This document shows positions 1-14,156 of a DNA stretch of 64,000 nt, in pieces (positions within the stretch are counted from its first letter, which is position 1; the number at the start of each line of letters is the position of its first letter). The notes below the pieces were generated by a model, which did not search any database, was not told where the DNA came from, and saw nothing but the letters and a program-made list of their open reading frames with translations. The DNA lies in the NCBI RefSeq assembly GCF_018977255.1, contig NW_024704754.1:18724001-18788000 (forward strand), written 5' to 3'. The DNA is from Callorhinchus milii (lineage: Eukaryota). Position numbers and translations under genes: made by a program.

Positions 1-1312
1 TTTTGTCGGGTTTTTTTTTCAAAGAGAAACATTAACCCATTGGGCGTTTTTTTCAATAGAAAAATAACAGAAAACACATTTTTTTTCGTGTATTGTGTGT
101 GTGTGTGTGTGTATTACGTGTGTATTTGTGTGCATTCTGTGTATGGGTGTGGGTCTGTATGTGTGTATTCTGTGTGTGTGTGTGTGTGTAACTGCACAGT
201 AACCTCTAAGGGACAAAGGGACATTGAATGAATCAATCGGTGGGAATAAATCATACGGACAAAGGCTATTGTAGGTTAATCGAAAATATATCGCGATTAG
301 CAAATTGTTCCAAACACGCAGATGGCATACAAAATGAGTGAACAGTGCCGGACATAATACCCCCTCCTCAAATACCCCCCTCCCAGGAGAAAATCGCTTT
401 GGAATAATCACACTGATTAAAAGCCAGATAACACAGATAATGGTTCCCTCTCTCTTTATTGCTATAATCAGACTTCAAGCGATCTCGGATTAGCCGCTGA
501 TCTGGGCAATAAAACACAGAGCCCTTGAAATGATTTGTTTGATGGCGCAAAAAGAAGAGAGACGAAGCGATTTATGTGGCTTAATAATATGCACATTTAT
601 GCTTACATTTTTTTGGGGGGGAGGGATTGAGGTAGCGTTGTGTGTAGCAAAATACCATTTCGCAGATGCACTGTGCAGTAAACTGGATCAATGAGCGCGG
701 AAAATGGGGGAAAATGAATAGCAATTAATAGAATTAATGATCTCTAACTGACTCCGAGATGTAAGATTTTGCCTTTTGGTCGGCCCCGTGTCTGACAAAG
801 GCGGAAACCCATCACTGTGCTTCAGAGTCCAAAAACCTAAAGGGTGTTCGGGACAATTCAGTAATCTGAGATGTGAGATATGCACAGGATATTTTAAAAT
901 AAAAATGGGTATTCGGGAGTGTCAGTGCAGACTCCTCCCTCTCCCCCCACTCCCCTCCCCAAGGCAGCTATTCCATCCCCCACCCCCCACATCCCCGACA
1001 TCTATTCTATCTCCCCACCCCGTCTAGCACTGACCGGTTGGTGTAGAGACCACCGAACGCACTTTGACCGGCTCTATCTGTGCCGGACGCCGGGAAACCA
1101 ACACGTCCTGATCCAGAGAACTGGGAACAAAAGAGTCATTGAGTCAACCACCGAGAGAGAGATCACAGCGCAGTGAAACGCAGGAGAGAGTGAGACACAC
1201 ACAGGGCAGAGAAACGACACACACACACACAGGACAGAGAGAGCGAAAGTCACCACAGAGACACAGGTGAATAAACTGGAATAGGAATAAATAGGATAGG
1301 AACATTGTTTAC

Positions 1313-1371
1313 CTGATAGGAAGATTGTTTTGAAGGGGTGAGAATCGACAGTCAGTGTTTTGTGGCTTCAT
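1313..1371 (-). CDS. Clustered protocadherin constant exon 1 (59 nt)
   Basis: TTTTACAG acceptor and AG|GTAAAC donor bound exactly 59 nt. The phase-0 translation MKPQNTDCRFSPLQNNLPI resembles the 59-nt first constant exons of Pcdh-gamma (QAPPNTDWRFS) and Pcdh-alpha (PRQPNPDWRYS). Phase matches the donor at 3519. Confidence 0.8.
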
Positions 1372-3519
1372 CTGTAAAACACATAACAAACAGGTCCTTT
1401 GTGGGGGTGTTTTTTTTTGGCTCTAGTTATTTAAAAGCAAAATATATCCTAAGATACATATTGAATACTACTAAATGTCTGGTCGGGAGAAAATGGGATT
1501 GAACAAACTCACTACGTTTGATTTACACTGATCCAATTCCCTTCTCTCTCAGAGTTAGAACGGACAAGACACCAAAGATTTTACCACCGCCCCCCCCCCC
1601 CCCGGCCAAACAAAACACATGTTAACAGATAGCTATAATCCACGTCCCAGCACACAGTGAAGGGTAAATTGCACATTACTTCCAGAAGTAAGTTAAAATT
1701 ATGCCATCAATCAAAATCGCTGCTGCGTATTTGGAAGGACATCATTTTTTGTTCCACTTAAAGGGGGTTCCACTTAAAGTTTAGCCGATAAAAAATAAAG
1801 TAGAGCCATGAAAGGGTTTATACCCTAATTAAAGTACACCCATTGTAGGGTTAACAGTTGATTTAACGTCCAACATGTCATACCGGTGAATGTCAGACTG
1901 TAAATGAACTGATGGGGGGAGGTTTTCCCGCTTATTTACTTTGTAGGATGCGATTGAAAGCAAAGGACATTTGATGAAAATGGGATTGACATTAATTAAG
2001 TGCGTGTTTGTGTTTTCATCAAACCCACTCAAAGCTCCATTAGACCTCTGAATGCCACACTCCCCCACTCTCTCTCTCTCTCTCTCCAAAGCCTATTTAA
2101 CCACGAGCAAAAATTCCACTTGAAAACCCACATTTAAATAATACATTTCCTTATGCAACTGACAGCTTAAACTCAACCCATTCGCTGGGCTAGTTTCTGA
2201 GACATAAAACGTATCCGCCTGAATTTAACTTATTTCAATCCCACTTCAATTGATCTCACTAATTTGAACTTTTTGATGTATAAGAAACAGAATATTCAAG
2301 CTGTGTAAAATTAAGATTCTTTATATTTACAGAAAGTGGCTTGATGTAACATTACAAGAAAATTTCAGGCGATGGTTTCTCTTTTTTTAACCAAACTTTA
2401 AAGTGGAATTTTTTTTCTGCTCTGGGCTCAGTAATAGTTGTGTTTAAGATGTGGAACATTTTGAAAGAAACGGAGAAAAGAAGGAAAGAAGAAAATAAGG
2501 AAGGAAGCGAATTATTTGCGTGACAGTCACATAAAAGGCAAGATGGGTTGAGAGCAGCGTGAATAATGCCACCTGGAGTTACTATCTGTCACCCTCACCA
2601 CTCAGACATACTTGTTGCAAATAAATTAAGAAAGGTCGAGCAATTACTAGGGAACCAACCCTATATTGTCAATATGTCAAGTTCCATCGCACACAAACAT
2701 CAACACAACAATTGTATTCAGATGAGATATGCGTCTGTGTCTCAGTAAAAAAGTGAGTTAAGTATTCCTTTGCTGTCACAAGAAAACGTTTTGGTTCATC
2801 ATTCTATCGGTTCATATGCTTACAGCTCCCAGGGGGATTACCCCATTAGCCTAGATACAAAGAACCTTGATGTATGCGACGCCTTGTCGCTTCTAAACTG
2901 TCTCAAAGCTCGGCTCGGTGCTGGGATGTCAGCCTACACTGTGTGTAGACTGAAGTCCCAAAGTGGTTAATTGTTGGCGTATTTTAGGAATGATCGTGTC
3001 TTGTGTTCGAAAAAGGAGCGCTGTGGCGGAGGAGAGTTACCTGGTCACTTCTGGCGAGTGACCCATAACAATGTGCCTCCCTTAGTTCACTCCCAATGGG
3101 AAAGGGTCTCCTTAACAGACAGCGTTATGTGGGAACCTGTGAATACTGACACCCATTTGCGGTTTAAAGGGAGCTAATGGATCACATGATATCACACACA
3201 TACACCTAACGCGACATCGACTGAGGATAGGCAGAGTCTCGATGAATACTGAGAGATCCCTCGCTAACAGTCCCGGTGACAGACTGCACAACTCTTCCCC
3301 AGTCAATGCATTGAGTTTGTTGGATGGTGTGCAAGTGTGGCGAATTCTGTCTGGAAGGTTCCCTGTGGACAGAGGGTTCACCCGAGGCACCGTGTATTTC
3401 AGAATCAGCAAAGAAAGAAGGAAAGAAAGGGAGAAAAAGAGAGAAATATATGGTTTTGATGTTCTTCGACTGCTTGTCCGTTAGTCTGAGTTGAGACTTA
3501 AAGACTCTATCAAGCTCAC

Positions 3520-6027
3520 CTGGCTTGTTGGGTTGGTCCTGGGTTTGGCAGGGTTTGGGGTCTGCCCACTCCGTCCAGTCACAGAGGGCTGGGTGTTATT
3601 GGGCGGGGGGGCGGTGGCTGGCGCGTAGGGTTTGAGAAACATGAAGTCACTTTTGGCCGACTCAGGGGTCAGACACACCCTGTAACAGTAAGCCTGGGAC
3701 CCGCTGCCTCCCACCTCGGCGCAGTTGGGCGCCGCCTTGGTCCCCGAGGCGATCTGCAGGTTGTTGTTGGCCTTTTTTTGGTAGATCTCCCTCGGACTCT
3801 TCCTTCTCCAGAAACAGACACTCCTACAGCAAGGTACTGGGGAGCAGGTGTAGGCTTCGCGGAGGTTGTTTCTGTCCCTGTGGCAGCGGATGGCGGCGAG
3901 GATAACGATAGCCACGAGAAACAAGAAGGAAATGGAGCCGAGAGAGATGATCAGATAGAGAGTGAGGTCAGTGTGTGGCTCCTGATCTCTGGTCACGTCA
4001 GATTGGATCTCAGGCACAATGTCCACGATAGACAGGGCTATGGTCATGGTGGATGACAGTGGTGGTTGCCCATTGTCCTTGGCTTGGATCACTAGTCTTT
4101 GGTTGACAGAGTCTTGGTCACCAAAGCGCCTGACTGTCCTGATCTCTCCCGTGTAGAGCGCCACGCTGAACAAGCCCGAGTCGGTGGCTTGGAGCAACCG
4201 GTAGGAGAGGCGAGCGTTCTGTCCCGCATCCGCGTCCACCGCCGTCACCTTCACCACCAGGTAACCGGTATCGGCGGATCGAGGCACCCTCTCCACCGCC
4301 ACCGAGCCGTTGGGCGGTAAGGGAGACACGATAACCGGCCCGTTATCGTTCTGATCCAGAACGAAGACGTTGACGGTCACGTTGCTGCTCAACGAAGGGA
4401 AGCCGGCATCCTGCGCTTGCACTTGGATTTGGAAGCTCTTAAGTTGCTCGTAGTCAAAGGAACGTAGGGCGTAGATGTTCCCGGTGTCCGAGTTGATGGA
4501 GACATAAGTGGACACAGACATGCCCTGTATCTGACTGCTCAGGATAGAGTAAAACAGGTAGGAGTTCTGGTTCAAGTCTGGGTCCACTGCGCTCACAGAG
4601 CAGATGGAAGCGCCCGGTGCGTTGTTCTCAGTCACATACACAGTGAAGGTGAGCTGCGTAAAGCGCGGGGTGTTATCGTTCACATCCGACACCTGTACCA
4701 CAATGGTCTTGTTGCTGGAGAGAGAAGGGGTCCCCATGTCTCCGGCGGTGATGGTGATGTTGTACTCAGCCACACTCTCCCTGTCCAGCAGGTCATCAGT
4801 GACCAACGTGTAATACTTCTTGAAGGAGGGCAAGAGTTTGAACGGGATGTTCTTGGCGACTTTGCAACTCACCCTCCCGTTGGCCCCGGAATCGCGGTCC
4901 ATCACGTTGATCAGAGCGATCACGGTACCCGGAAGTGAGTCCTCTGGGACGGGGGTGGACAAGGAAGTCAAGATGACCTCTGGCGGGTTGTCATTCAAGT
5001 CAATGATCTCCACCATCACATTGCAATGCGCCGCCACCGCGTTCTGTCCCTTGTCCTTGGCTTGTACAAAGATCTCATATAACGCGGCTTCTTCGTAATC
5101 CACCAACCCCCTCACCCTGATCTCCCCGGTTCTGGGGTTCACGCTGAACAGTTCCCGCACCCGCTGATGAGCGTGGTTACTGAAGGCATAAACTATCTCC
5201 CCGTTCGTACCTTGGTCCAAATCGGTGGCTTCCAGTTTGAGAACCAAAGTTCCCTTGGGTGCATTTTCCACCAGCCTCACAGAGTAGACCGTTTGGTCAA
5301 AGACTGGGGTGTTGTCGTTGGCATCCAGAACACTGATGGTGATCTGCGCGGTGCCCGATTTCTCCGGGATGCCCCCATCTATCGCTGTCAACACTAAGTG
5401 ATGGGTCGCTTTCTGCTCCCGATCCAGCGCCTTCTCCAGAATCAGCTCCGCCAACATGCTCCGTTCGCTGCGAGCATGCACATCCAAGATGAAGTGTTCG
5501 TTGGGAGTCAGCCGGTAGGTCCGCAGCGAGTTGGGGCCAACATCCGGATCGTGGGCGCTTTCCAGGGGGAATCTGGCTCCCGGAGTCGCCGATTCGGTGA
5601 TGTCCAGCCGCACTTGGCTTTGGGGGAAACTGGGATAATTGTCATTGACATCCAGAATCTCTATCTCAGCCTGATACAGCTCCAATGGGTTCTCTATCAC
5701 CACTTCCAGGTTGAAGAAACAGGTGGGATTCAGTCCGCAGAGTTGCTCTCTGTCTATCTTCTCATTGACAAACAATATTCCATTTTCCAAGTTGACATCC
5801 AAGTAGTGTTGACGAGCGCCGGACACAATGCGGAACCTGCGGGCGGACAGTTCCGCTACGTTCAAGCCGAGATCGTCGGCGATATTGCCCACAAATGCGC
5901 CGTGTTCCAATTCCTCGCGAATCGAGTAGCGAATCTGCCCAAACGCCGAACCCCAAAGCCCGGAAGAACTCAAGAACAAAAACGCCAGACAACAGTCCAA
6001 AATCCGGCTTGGATTCGAATTAGCCAT
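3520..6027 (-). CDS. Clustered protocadherin variable exon (signal peptide, 6 cadherin repeats, TM, variable cytoplasmic region); first gene of the cluster
   Basis: ATG at 6027 (MANSNPS...). Hydrophobic signal peptide, QIRYSIREE start of EC1, repeated DRE/DxNDN/AxDxG motifs, TM segment YLIISLGSISFLFLVAIVILAAI, cytoplasmic CYRVCLTPESAKSDFMFLKP. Phase-0 donor CAG|GTGAGC at 3519 precedes the ORF stop at 3481. Confidence 0.95.
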
Positions 6028-6062
6028 AACACTACACAAGTTATTATAACACCACTACTGAG

Positions 6063-6118
6063 AATAATAATCCTATAGCATCCGATAGAGCGCCTTATCA
6101 CGTCTTCGAGGCGTCTGA
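6063..6118 (-). mobile_element. SINE 3' tail fragment just upstream of the protocadherin ATG
   Basis: aataataatcct...gcgccttatcacgtcttcgaggcgtct matches the tail of the SINE family repeated throughout the window. Confidence 0.7.
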
Positions 6119-7689
6119 AGTTCTCCCTTAACCCCCCCCCACCCACCGCGCAATAAAACCGTTCGATTTTCAACAACCCGTCTTATATCCAGAGCCGGGA
6201 ATGATCGATTCCAACAAAAAACTTTTGGGCTAAAGTGGATTTGCACCCGCGCTTGGCTCGGAATAACCTCTCCCGCTCTCTCTCTCTGTCTCTCTGCACA
6301 CCGCGACTCTGCGCCAGACGAGAGAGTGTTGCAGTGCAAATGAGAGACATCGCCACTAATCCCTTGCTGCCCCGTCCGATGTATTTAACAGCCCGAGGAT
6401 GATCTGAGCGCTGCTTTCTCTCTCTGATTTCTGTACTGTGTTTAATGCCGAGAAGGGAGGGAGGGAGGGAGGGGAGAGAGCGCGTTGTCTATCTCGCTGC
6501 ATTTCAACACCTTATTGGAGGACAGCTGAACAGAGATACTCACTCGGTAACACAGCCCCGCGCGTCTTAAGGAGGAAGGATCCTTATGATAATAATGATC
6601 CTTGCATTTGATGTAGCGCTGAGATGTCTCAAAGCGCTTAACGTGATATATTGTAAAGCGTAGTGACTGTGTATTTTGCGGCAGCCAATTGGAGACAGCT
6701 GTGTCCCACAGCAAGTCGTGGACTGAGTGAACAAATTATTATTTATTCATTATTTTTGGAAGGGATTATAAATAAGTGACCCGTTTTGGAAAGAACACAG
6801 CGTGGAGTCGCTGGTCTAAGTCACTAATTAGCATTACCAGGGCTGGCGCTGCAACGCTATGCAGTTTATAAGCTTCCTCTCAAAGGGTCATGAAACTTAG
6901 CAGTAACCTTGGCCAAAAAAATCAAATAAGCAAATGAATAAGTGAATGAACGGATCAGTGGATCGATGAATCAATGAAGCAATCGATAAATAAATAAACC
7001 AAGTTAACCCAACAACACGGCACACAACACAACACTGCAGTGAGCGAGGCAATGCACCGCAGACTGGAGCCCCACTCCCCTCATCCACCGCTGTAATCAG
7101 AAGCAGGTTCCCGGCAAACTGCATTACAAGTAGTTTTCCGCAGCACTGGAATATCATTGTTTTATACTGTACTTACAGCTGCTCTTCGGTGTCACCAGCT
7201 GGTACCCTGTACTTAAACATTGGGATTAGAACACACCATGGGATGGGATCAGCGTGTGTGTTTTAATCTTCAGTCTCTTGAAGTCCAATATTACCAGCCC
7301 TGGATGGATGCCTTTGGACTTAAACATATGTAACTGGAGCTGATTAAAATTATTTTAATATTGTTGTTTCCTGCCGGGGTCACTGTAGCGATACGGGCTT
7401 AATGAAATGCTATGATCCGGCGTTTCCAGGACTCACAGTCCTTATCCTCAGTTACTTACAGTATTACTTACTCTGTTCTCTGAACATGTGTAATATTCAA
7501 ATTAAACTCTAATCAGAGTAAATAAAAATCTACCAGACGATTAATTCCTTTCGGATGAAGGGATTTTGCCTTTAAAACCCTATGAATTTATGGACATCTT
7601 TAATGCGGTGTGACATGGAGATTGAGAGCAATGCCAATTCTTCCAGAAGTGTGAAGGGACCAAAAAACCTCAGGTAACAACATCCAACG

Positions 7690-8030
7690 TAATAATAATA
7701 ATAATATTAATAATAATTCTTGCATTTGGTGTAGCGCATTATGACACCTTCTAGACGTCTCAAAGATCTTCACAAAATATACTGTAAATTGGATAGACTG
7801 TGTTTTCTGAGGGCAAAACGTGGCAGCCAATTGCACACAGCAGTGTCCCGCAAACAGTTGTGGATTGAGTGACCTTTTTTTTTAGAGATTATTACTACCG
7901 GAAAGTGATCCGCCAATCCACTAACAACCGAGTTCCTACTTACTGCTTGGTAAACAGAGGCGAGTGGAGTAGGGAAATGTGCCTGAGGGAATCGAACTTC
8001 CAAAGCGAGCGCACTAACCCCTTCGATATG
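7690..8030 (-). mobile_element. tRNA-derived SINE copy
   Basis: Full body and tail of the repeated family (taataattcttgcatttg...cagccaattgcacacagc...gggaatcgaac). Ends approximate. Confidence 0.8.
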
Positions 8031-11000
8031 TGACTCCACAGTAAGTCAGACATGTTGGTCAATAATAATGGACTTACTATGGACCTGTGTGTCTCTCTCT
8101 GGCTTCATACAGCTGTTCTCTGAGACTTAGTTCAATCCTAGGGAGACACTGCTTATCTTCTCCCCCCCCCCCCCCCCCCCCCCTCACCTCCCCACATTAT
8201 TATACCTTACACTCATAGCATCAATCTCTTGAACGGAATAAGGGTGTGTTGCATCCAGTGTCTTCAAACTCAAACTTGTTGATCTCAAGTTTGGCGCTCA
8301 AACCCAATGGTCTATCAAGAAATTACAGGGACCCGATGATTGACAGACAGCTATGATGGTATTTTGCACTGTGACGGATGCTTTTAGTTATGATAGTCCC
8401 TGATCTTTATTCCAGACAGCACATCGTTCAAGTGAAGGACAGGGTTAGGTTCAGCAGAGTAGCCTGCCAATATTCACTGACTTGTCTCCCACAGGAAGAA
8501 TCGGGCAGTTTATCTGATTTCACATAAATTATTGAAAGACTCAATTTATAGGCTCTTGGAAATCTCCATTCATAAAGAATCAGAACACGCACTCCTTTAG
8601 CCAGCGAGTTTTAAATGGCTCAGTACAGTATGAACATTGTTCCTGATTGTTGGATGATATGTGTAGCTCTGAATGCCCTACAATACCTCACATTATATGG
8701 ATGGACAGAGACCATTAGTTTAAGTCTTCTGTGCTTTTGCTCCATAACATTTTACAACTGTTTAAGATGCTGCAAAGCCACCGTGCGATATCACGGCTAA
8801 TTTGCATTATTTCTTAATGGGTTTGTTAATAAGGAATCCCTATAGAATTCCCACTGACCTAAGCAGATCACGTCGGAGCAGAGTTCTGTCAGCAGTAGTA
8901 CTTTCGGTTACTGGAGAGAGTGTCCATTTCTGCGACTAGGATTTCTTGTTGAAGAATCCTATCAAGAAATACTGTACGTTGCATTGCATTGTCAGATTGT
9001 GTTCATCTGGCAATGGAGAGGAGAATCTACTTGAAACCGTTTCATCTTCCCAGACGAGGGGCTGTTGATTGTGGCTGAGTGTAAGCTATTACATGGCTGC
9101 TCTGTACAGCATTGTGCTGTCAGTGATTGCAGATTCCCACTGCACTTGACTACTTAAGGAAACTGACAGACTGCTGCCCCTCTTTAAACAATGACCTTGC
9201 TCTTAATTCTCTAGCAACAAGCTTCAAGCAATTCATACTCAACCTCCACATGGAGTGAATGTTAAAGTCTTCACCAAAATTGCGTATTTTTCCAGCTATC
9301 TCTTCCCCCCTCCCCCTTTTAATCTTAGCCAATATATTGTACTGTAGGGAATAATGAAAAGCAAACATCAGAAAAGGAAATCTCAGTTCTGGTGGGCAAA
9401 GGAAATGTGTACAATTATATTTTAATAAAAAATATTCTAAATGTGGTCATATGCCTCTTACTTTCCTATTTGTCCTTATTCTCTCCTCCCCATTCTTATC
9501 ATCTATTCTTGCATCCCCAAATTTCACGTAGCCTTAGCCTTTTTCTTTTAAATATAATTAAATTAAATGCAGAATTGTGAAAAATTCCTAAATTCAGTAT
9601 TAATTTTCTTTTTAAGCACTGCGGAAAACCGTTTTTCCAAATTAATAATAATAATCCTTGCATTTGATACAGTCCCTTATCACGTCTTCGACACGTCTCA
9701 AAGCACTTCACAGAATATATTGTAAAGTGAATTGACTATATATTTTGTGGGCAAAATCAAGACTAAATTTAAGAATTTTCCATCTTTCTGCATGATCTTA
9801 AACATTAAGAAAGGCAAAGACTGGGTGGCTTTTCAGACCTATAATCCTTTGAGAGAAAAAGCCAGACAAAAGAAATCTCACTGTGAATGAAATGGTTTTA
9901 GCTGGAAATTTGTTATAAAGTTGCCCGGCTCATTTCAGAGAAGGTGGTTTCATTTTCTGTACATTACAATGTTCTCACGTTGAGTGAAGGAGCAAATGAT
10001 TTTTGTAATTACAATTATCGGGCAGGTGGCGGGAAAAGTTTAAATGTGTTGCGTGAGAGACAAAGCAGTCAATCAAGTACAATAACCTTCCTGTGGAAGG
10101 TTAACAAAATATAGATAAGCGGTATGTACTGACTAATGGGAAATGTAATCTTGAATGGTTTCTGGGCTCTTGCAGCAAGACAGTTCTGAAAGGATTAATA
10201 GGAATGCAATGCCGAAAGGCTGAAGTAGTGGGTGAATTTATTGGTACAGTCATCTGGGAAATTTAAGGTGGCCTGTACTTTACATTCTGCCAGATTCTCA
10301 ACACCATCTTATTTCCCAGGTGACTGCAACGGTTTTGTTAGGGTGACTGCAAAATAATTTCAAGAACCTTCCCACCAAACTTAGCTTTCAAAAGAGAGGA
10401 TTGCACTTAATATCTTAAAGTCCGCTACTACAACACAGGGGATGTTGTGGATAATCAGGGGAAAAGGGTATAAGCCGTAATGTGATTATGACATTGTAGA
10501 TAACTGCACTTGAAACAGTGGATAATTATTAGCCTCTTTAGCACCCTTTCACATCTCCTAAGGCTGGGTACCAAAATAAAAGCAAAGGCTTCAACAAGCC
10601 CATGTCATATTGCATTCATAGCCATTAATATCACAGTTAGTTCACTCTCTAGGTCAAGCCAATATAATAATATTCCTTGCATTTGATGTAGCGGTTTATC
10701 ATGCTTTTGCGACATCTCAAAGTGCTTCACAGAATTTACTGTAAAATGAATTGACTGTATATTTTGTGGGCGAATCGTCATTCCTCAATCACTGCTTAGT
10801 CCTCACATTTGGCATGCTGGGCCTTTGTCCAAGTAGTAGCTCATCAACGATGATCACAAGAGAGGTTCAAATGAAAAAGCCCCTGTGGCACATTTGATAT
10901 CATCCTACCTTCTTCCCATTATAACACTGAACTGCTTCTTAAATATGACGTGCAATCAGGTCTGGTAACCTGTTTCAGCTGTTCGATACCCTCTGTGTAC

Positions 11001-11756
11001 AGCAATACTTGTGGTGTCTGTACTGAAATTGCCCTTCACACCCACCCTGCGTCCTCTTGACATTTGCCAAAATGCCTTTGAAATAACTGAAGCTACCGTT
11101 CTGGGTTAACTTTCTCAATCCCATTTTGAATCCTAGGCGGTTTAGTCACACTAACCTGGCATGTGGTCGCCACGCAAAGTTACTGACACAGAAGTATATT
11201 AGAATTGACAAATAATTTTAAAGTGCATTTTCCTGGAACAAATTGTGTAATTGTTGACTGTAGCACAGGTTTCAATATTAATGATTAAAAGCCTTCAGTG
11301 AACTTAGACATGAAGGAAAAACCTTGTTTCGAAATTGCTACACATGAGCCTCTTAGACTGTCAGTCATTACAGTCTTCAGTGCAATTGAGCTGGTATTTC
11401 TATTGGATGATGCTGCCGGTGGGATTTACATTGACATGACTTGAGTGTGCATGCAACCATCCATGTTATTTGTGGTGACAGCTACTGGCTTGTGGTATTT
11501 TATGCACATTGTGTTTCTGACACAACTTCGAAGATTTCAACACAGAATTAATGGACATTCTCACTGCGCGTTAACCTTAGGCTTACAGTCTAAGCTGTAT
11601 TTGTCACACTTGACATCAGTTCCCTGTGAGGCGTTCTGAGGCGTTTCCATCTTGTACACACTATATCAAATGCAAGAATTATTGCATTACTTAGATGTAT
11701 TGCTGGAAATGAATGCAGAAGTGAGTGAAAGGTTTTGCATGCTCACCATCTCAGCA

Positions 11757-11945
11757 TCTCTCTCCCCCAAAAGGCTATGGATGTTGGCTCCATTCAAATT
11801 TTCAAGACTGCAGTGGATAGGTTTTTGTTAGGAAAGGGTATCATGGGATATGGGGCACATTTGGAGTTGAGGTACAGATCAGCCATAATCTTAATAAAAT
11901 GGCGGAACAGGCTCGCGGGGATGAATGGCCTACCCCTGTTCCTAT
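11757..11945 (+). mobile_element. CR1-type LINE 3' end fragment
   Basis: ctcccccaaaaggctatggatg...gagttgaggtacagatcagccat...gaatggcctac. Similar pieces at about 34165-34360 and 31100-31190; reverse complement of the 3' end of the CR1 at 16050-16860. Confidence 0.7.
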
Positions 11946-12225
11946 GTCGCTGTGTGCCTATTTTATGCCCAAATTTATCAAAGTCCTTTGCAATAATCAC
12001 TATCAAATGCAGTAACTTGTTTGCAGGCAAATTATCTTTTTGTGTTCCGAATGTTCGCACCAGCTAATAAGGATTATTATTCCTTCAGTGCTTATAACTG
12101 AGTTGCTTAATTGGAGCTCATGGGATCGTGAAGTTAAAATTCCTTTTATTTATTAGCCTTTTGGGGGAAATACCACACAAGACACTAAGTTCAATGGAAA
12201 CCCCTCTCGTGTTGGTGTCACACCA

Positions 12226-12239
12226 CTGCCACCTCGTGG
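12226..12239 (-). promoter_or_regulatory. Candidate CTCF site
   Basis: Minus strand reads CCACGAGGTGGCAG, close to the CTCF core CCASYAGRKGGCRS; about 6 kb upstream of the first Pcdh gene. Confidence 0.45.
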
Positions 12240-14156
12240 GCCAATGTGGTAACACGTCGCAAGTGGTGAACCAAAATACAACTCAGACAATTACAATTAA
12301 GGAAGAGCTTCAATTTGCAGCATCTTATCATGTTGAAGCATCTCAAAATACATTACAGTAATTACTGTCAAGTGTACTGACTGTTTTTCTAATATCTCCC
12401 CAGAAGCTATTTTACCATTAATAATCCTTTTAAGTACAGCGACACAATTCTGCTTTCTTCACCACAAACTCGAGAAATAAGAGCCCGACAGCCCTGGGAC
12501 ACATCCAGGTACAGAAGCAACATCTTTTTTTGCTCAGATGAGCAGCAACGCAAATCTGTGTCAAAAAAAATTATTGCAAGCAGAATGGAGTCAGGAGAGT
12601 ATAAAGTAAAATTGTCTCTGCCTGAATGGCACATTGATTTCAGTCGCTGTTCAGTCAACCTCATTTTTTTTGTTACTGGTGCAATAGCCTCCAGAATTAA
12701 TCTTCCCATGTAAACAACGAGCTACGTTTGTACATCACCTTTCATGTAAAAGAAACATCCCGAAGCACTTGACATAATAAGATTCATTAGAAATTAAGTG
12801 AATGTCGAGAGGCAAATGTAGCTGTTGATTTGTACCTGCAATGTGCTACATATTTAGGAACGTTGTTTTTAAGTAAAGGGTTATTGCTTCATGGTAATGT
12901 TACCACAAACAACAGTTACATCTGAGTCAATGACGGTAGTTAGAAGGAAAACACTTTCAGCGCAGAAATCATTTGGCCTATCACTCCTGTTCTGGAGCTC
13001 TCGGCTCTAATTCCATTCCCCATGTAACAGGATTGATAATATATAGGGAATGGGATCCAATCCCACTTTAATAATAATAATACCACTTTAATCTCATTCT
13101 CCATGTAACAGCGTACAGGGAAAGAGTAGGGGGATGGGATTTGGGAGCTCCTGTAGGAGAGTTCACACAGAGTAGGATGAATGGGCTAAACATTTCTATG
13201 GTTCTATTCAACAGGTAGAAATAATAAAAGTAACGTGTTCAGTTTCACTGCCTTGAGATCATTAAGACTCGGTTGGGATGGGATTTTCAGGTCAAACCAA
13301 CACAATTTTTTCAGTCTAACCTCACTCTGGCAAAGCCAAGGTCTTACATTTACATGTTATGTTTAGCAGGTCCTGGAGGAGAGGAATAGCCAAAGGTCAG
13401 TATCCCTGAACAAGTGCTTCATTCACTGATCTACCGTTGTCTTTCGGATGTTGATCAGCATGATCATGGAATTTTACAACACAGAGGGAGATAATTTGGC
13501 CCATGATGCCAGTGCCCGCTCTTTGAAAGAGCTACCAATTAGTCCCGATACTGCTCTTACCCTATTGCCCTGCAATTTTTTTTATTTTCAAAAACCTATC
13601 CAAATCCCCTTTGAAAGCTACGATCAAATTGCTCTCATTTTGTCCGTACATTTCAAATCCCCAGTATTTCTAATGAAATGCTTCACTTAAAACCAATTCT
13701 ACTCAATTTAGCTATTTTGTTTTACAGAAAATAACATAGGATTCTCCAGAAAATCATAGCTCCCTCAGCATTAAGCTGCTGGTTGCAAGCTCCTGGATTG
13801 CTTCCTGCAGGGTTGACTTGCACATAAACTGTTTTCATTACATCAACAAAATCCCCTTTGCTTAAGCAGGTCACCACTTAAAGCGGCTTTAATCCATCAC
13901 AGAAGCTTTAGCTGAACACAGCCCTATGTTTTATTCCGAAATACAGGCTTGGTTGGATTACTAAGGCCGCTGGAACAGATTTGAGTCCCACTCATTGTGG
14001 ACACATAGAGTTATGCTCTTGGCTGCTGCCCGGGTCAAAACCAGCAGGTTCATTGGGAATATTCAAAGGAACCCAAATAAATTGAACTGATATGTCATTG
14101 GAATGTGCACTCTCTCCCTGGAGCCACGCATCCAGCTTTCCTAATCCTTAAAGTAT

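Noticed and set aside
3778-6078. Plus-strand ORFs of 70-226 aa
   Set aside because: Antisense shadows of the GC-rich protocadherin exon.
6300-6420. Pcdh promoter conserved sequence element (CGCT/CTCF)
   Set aside because: Only partial matches (catcgccactaat, gagcgctg); not strong enough to call.
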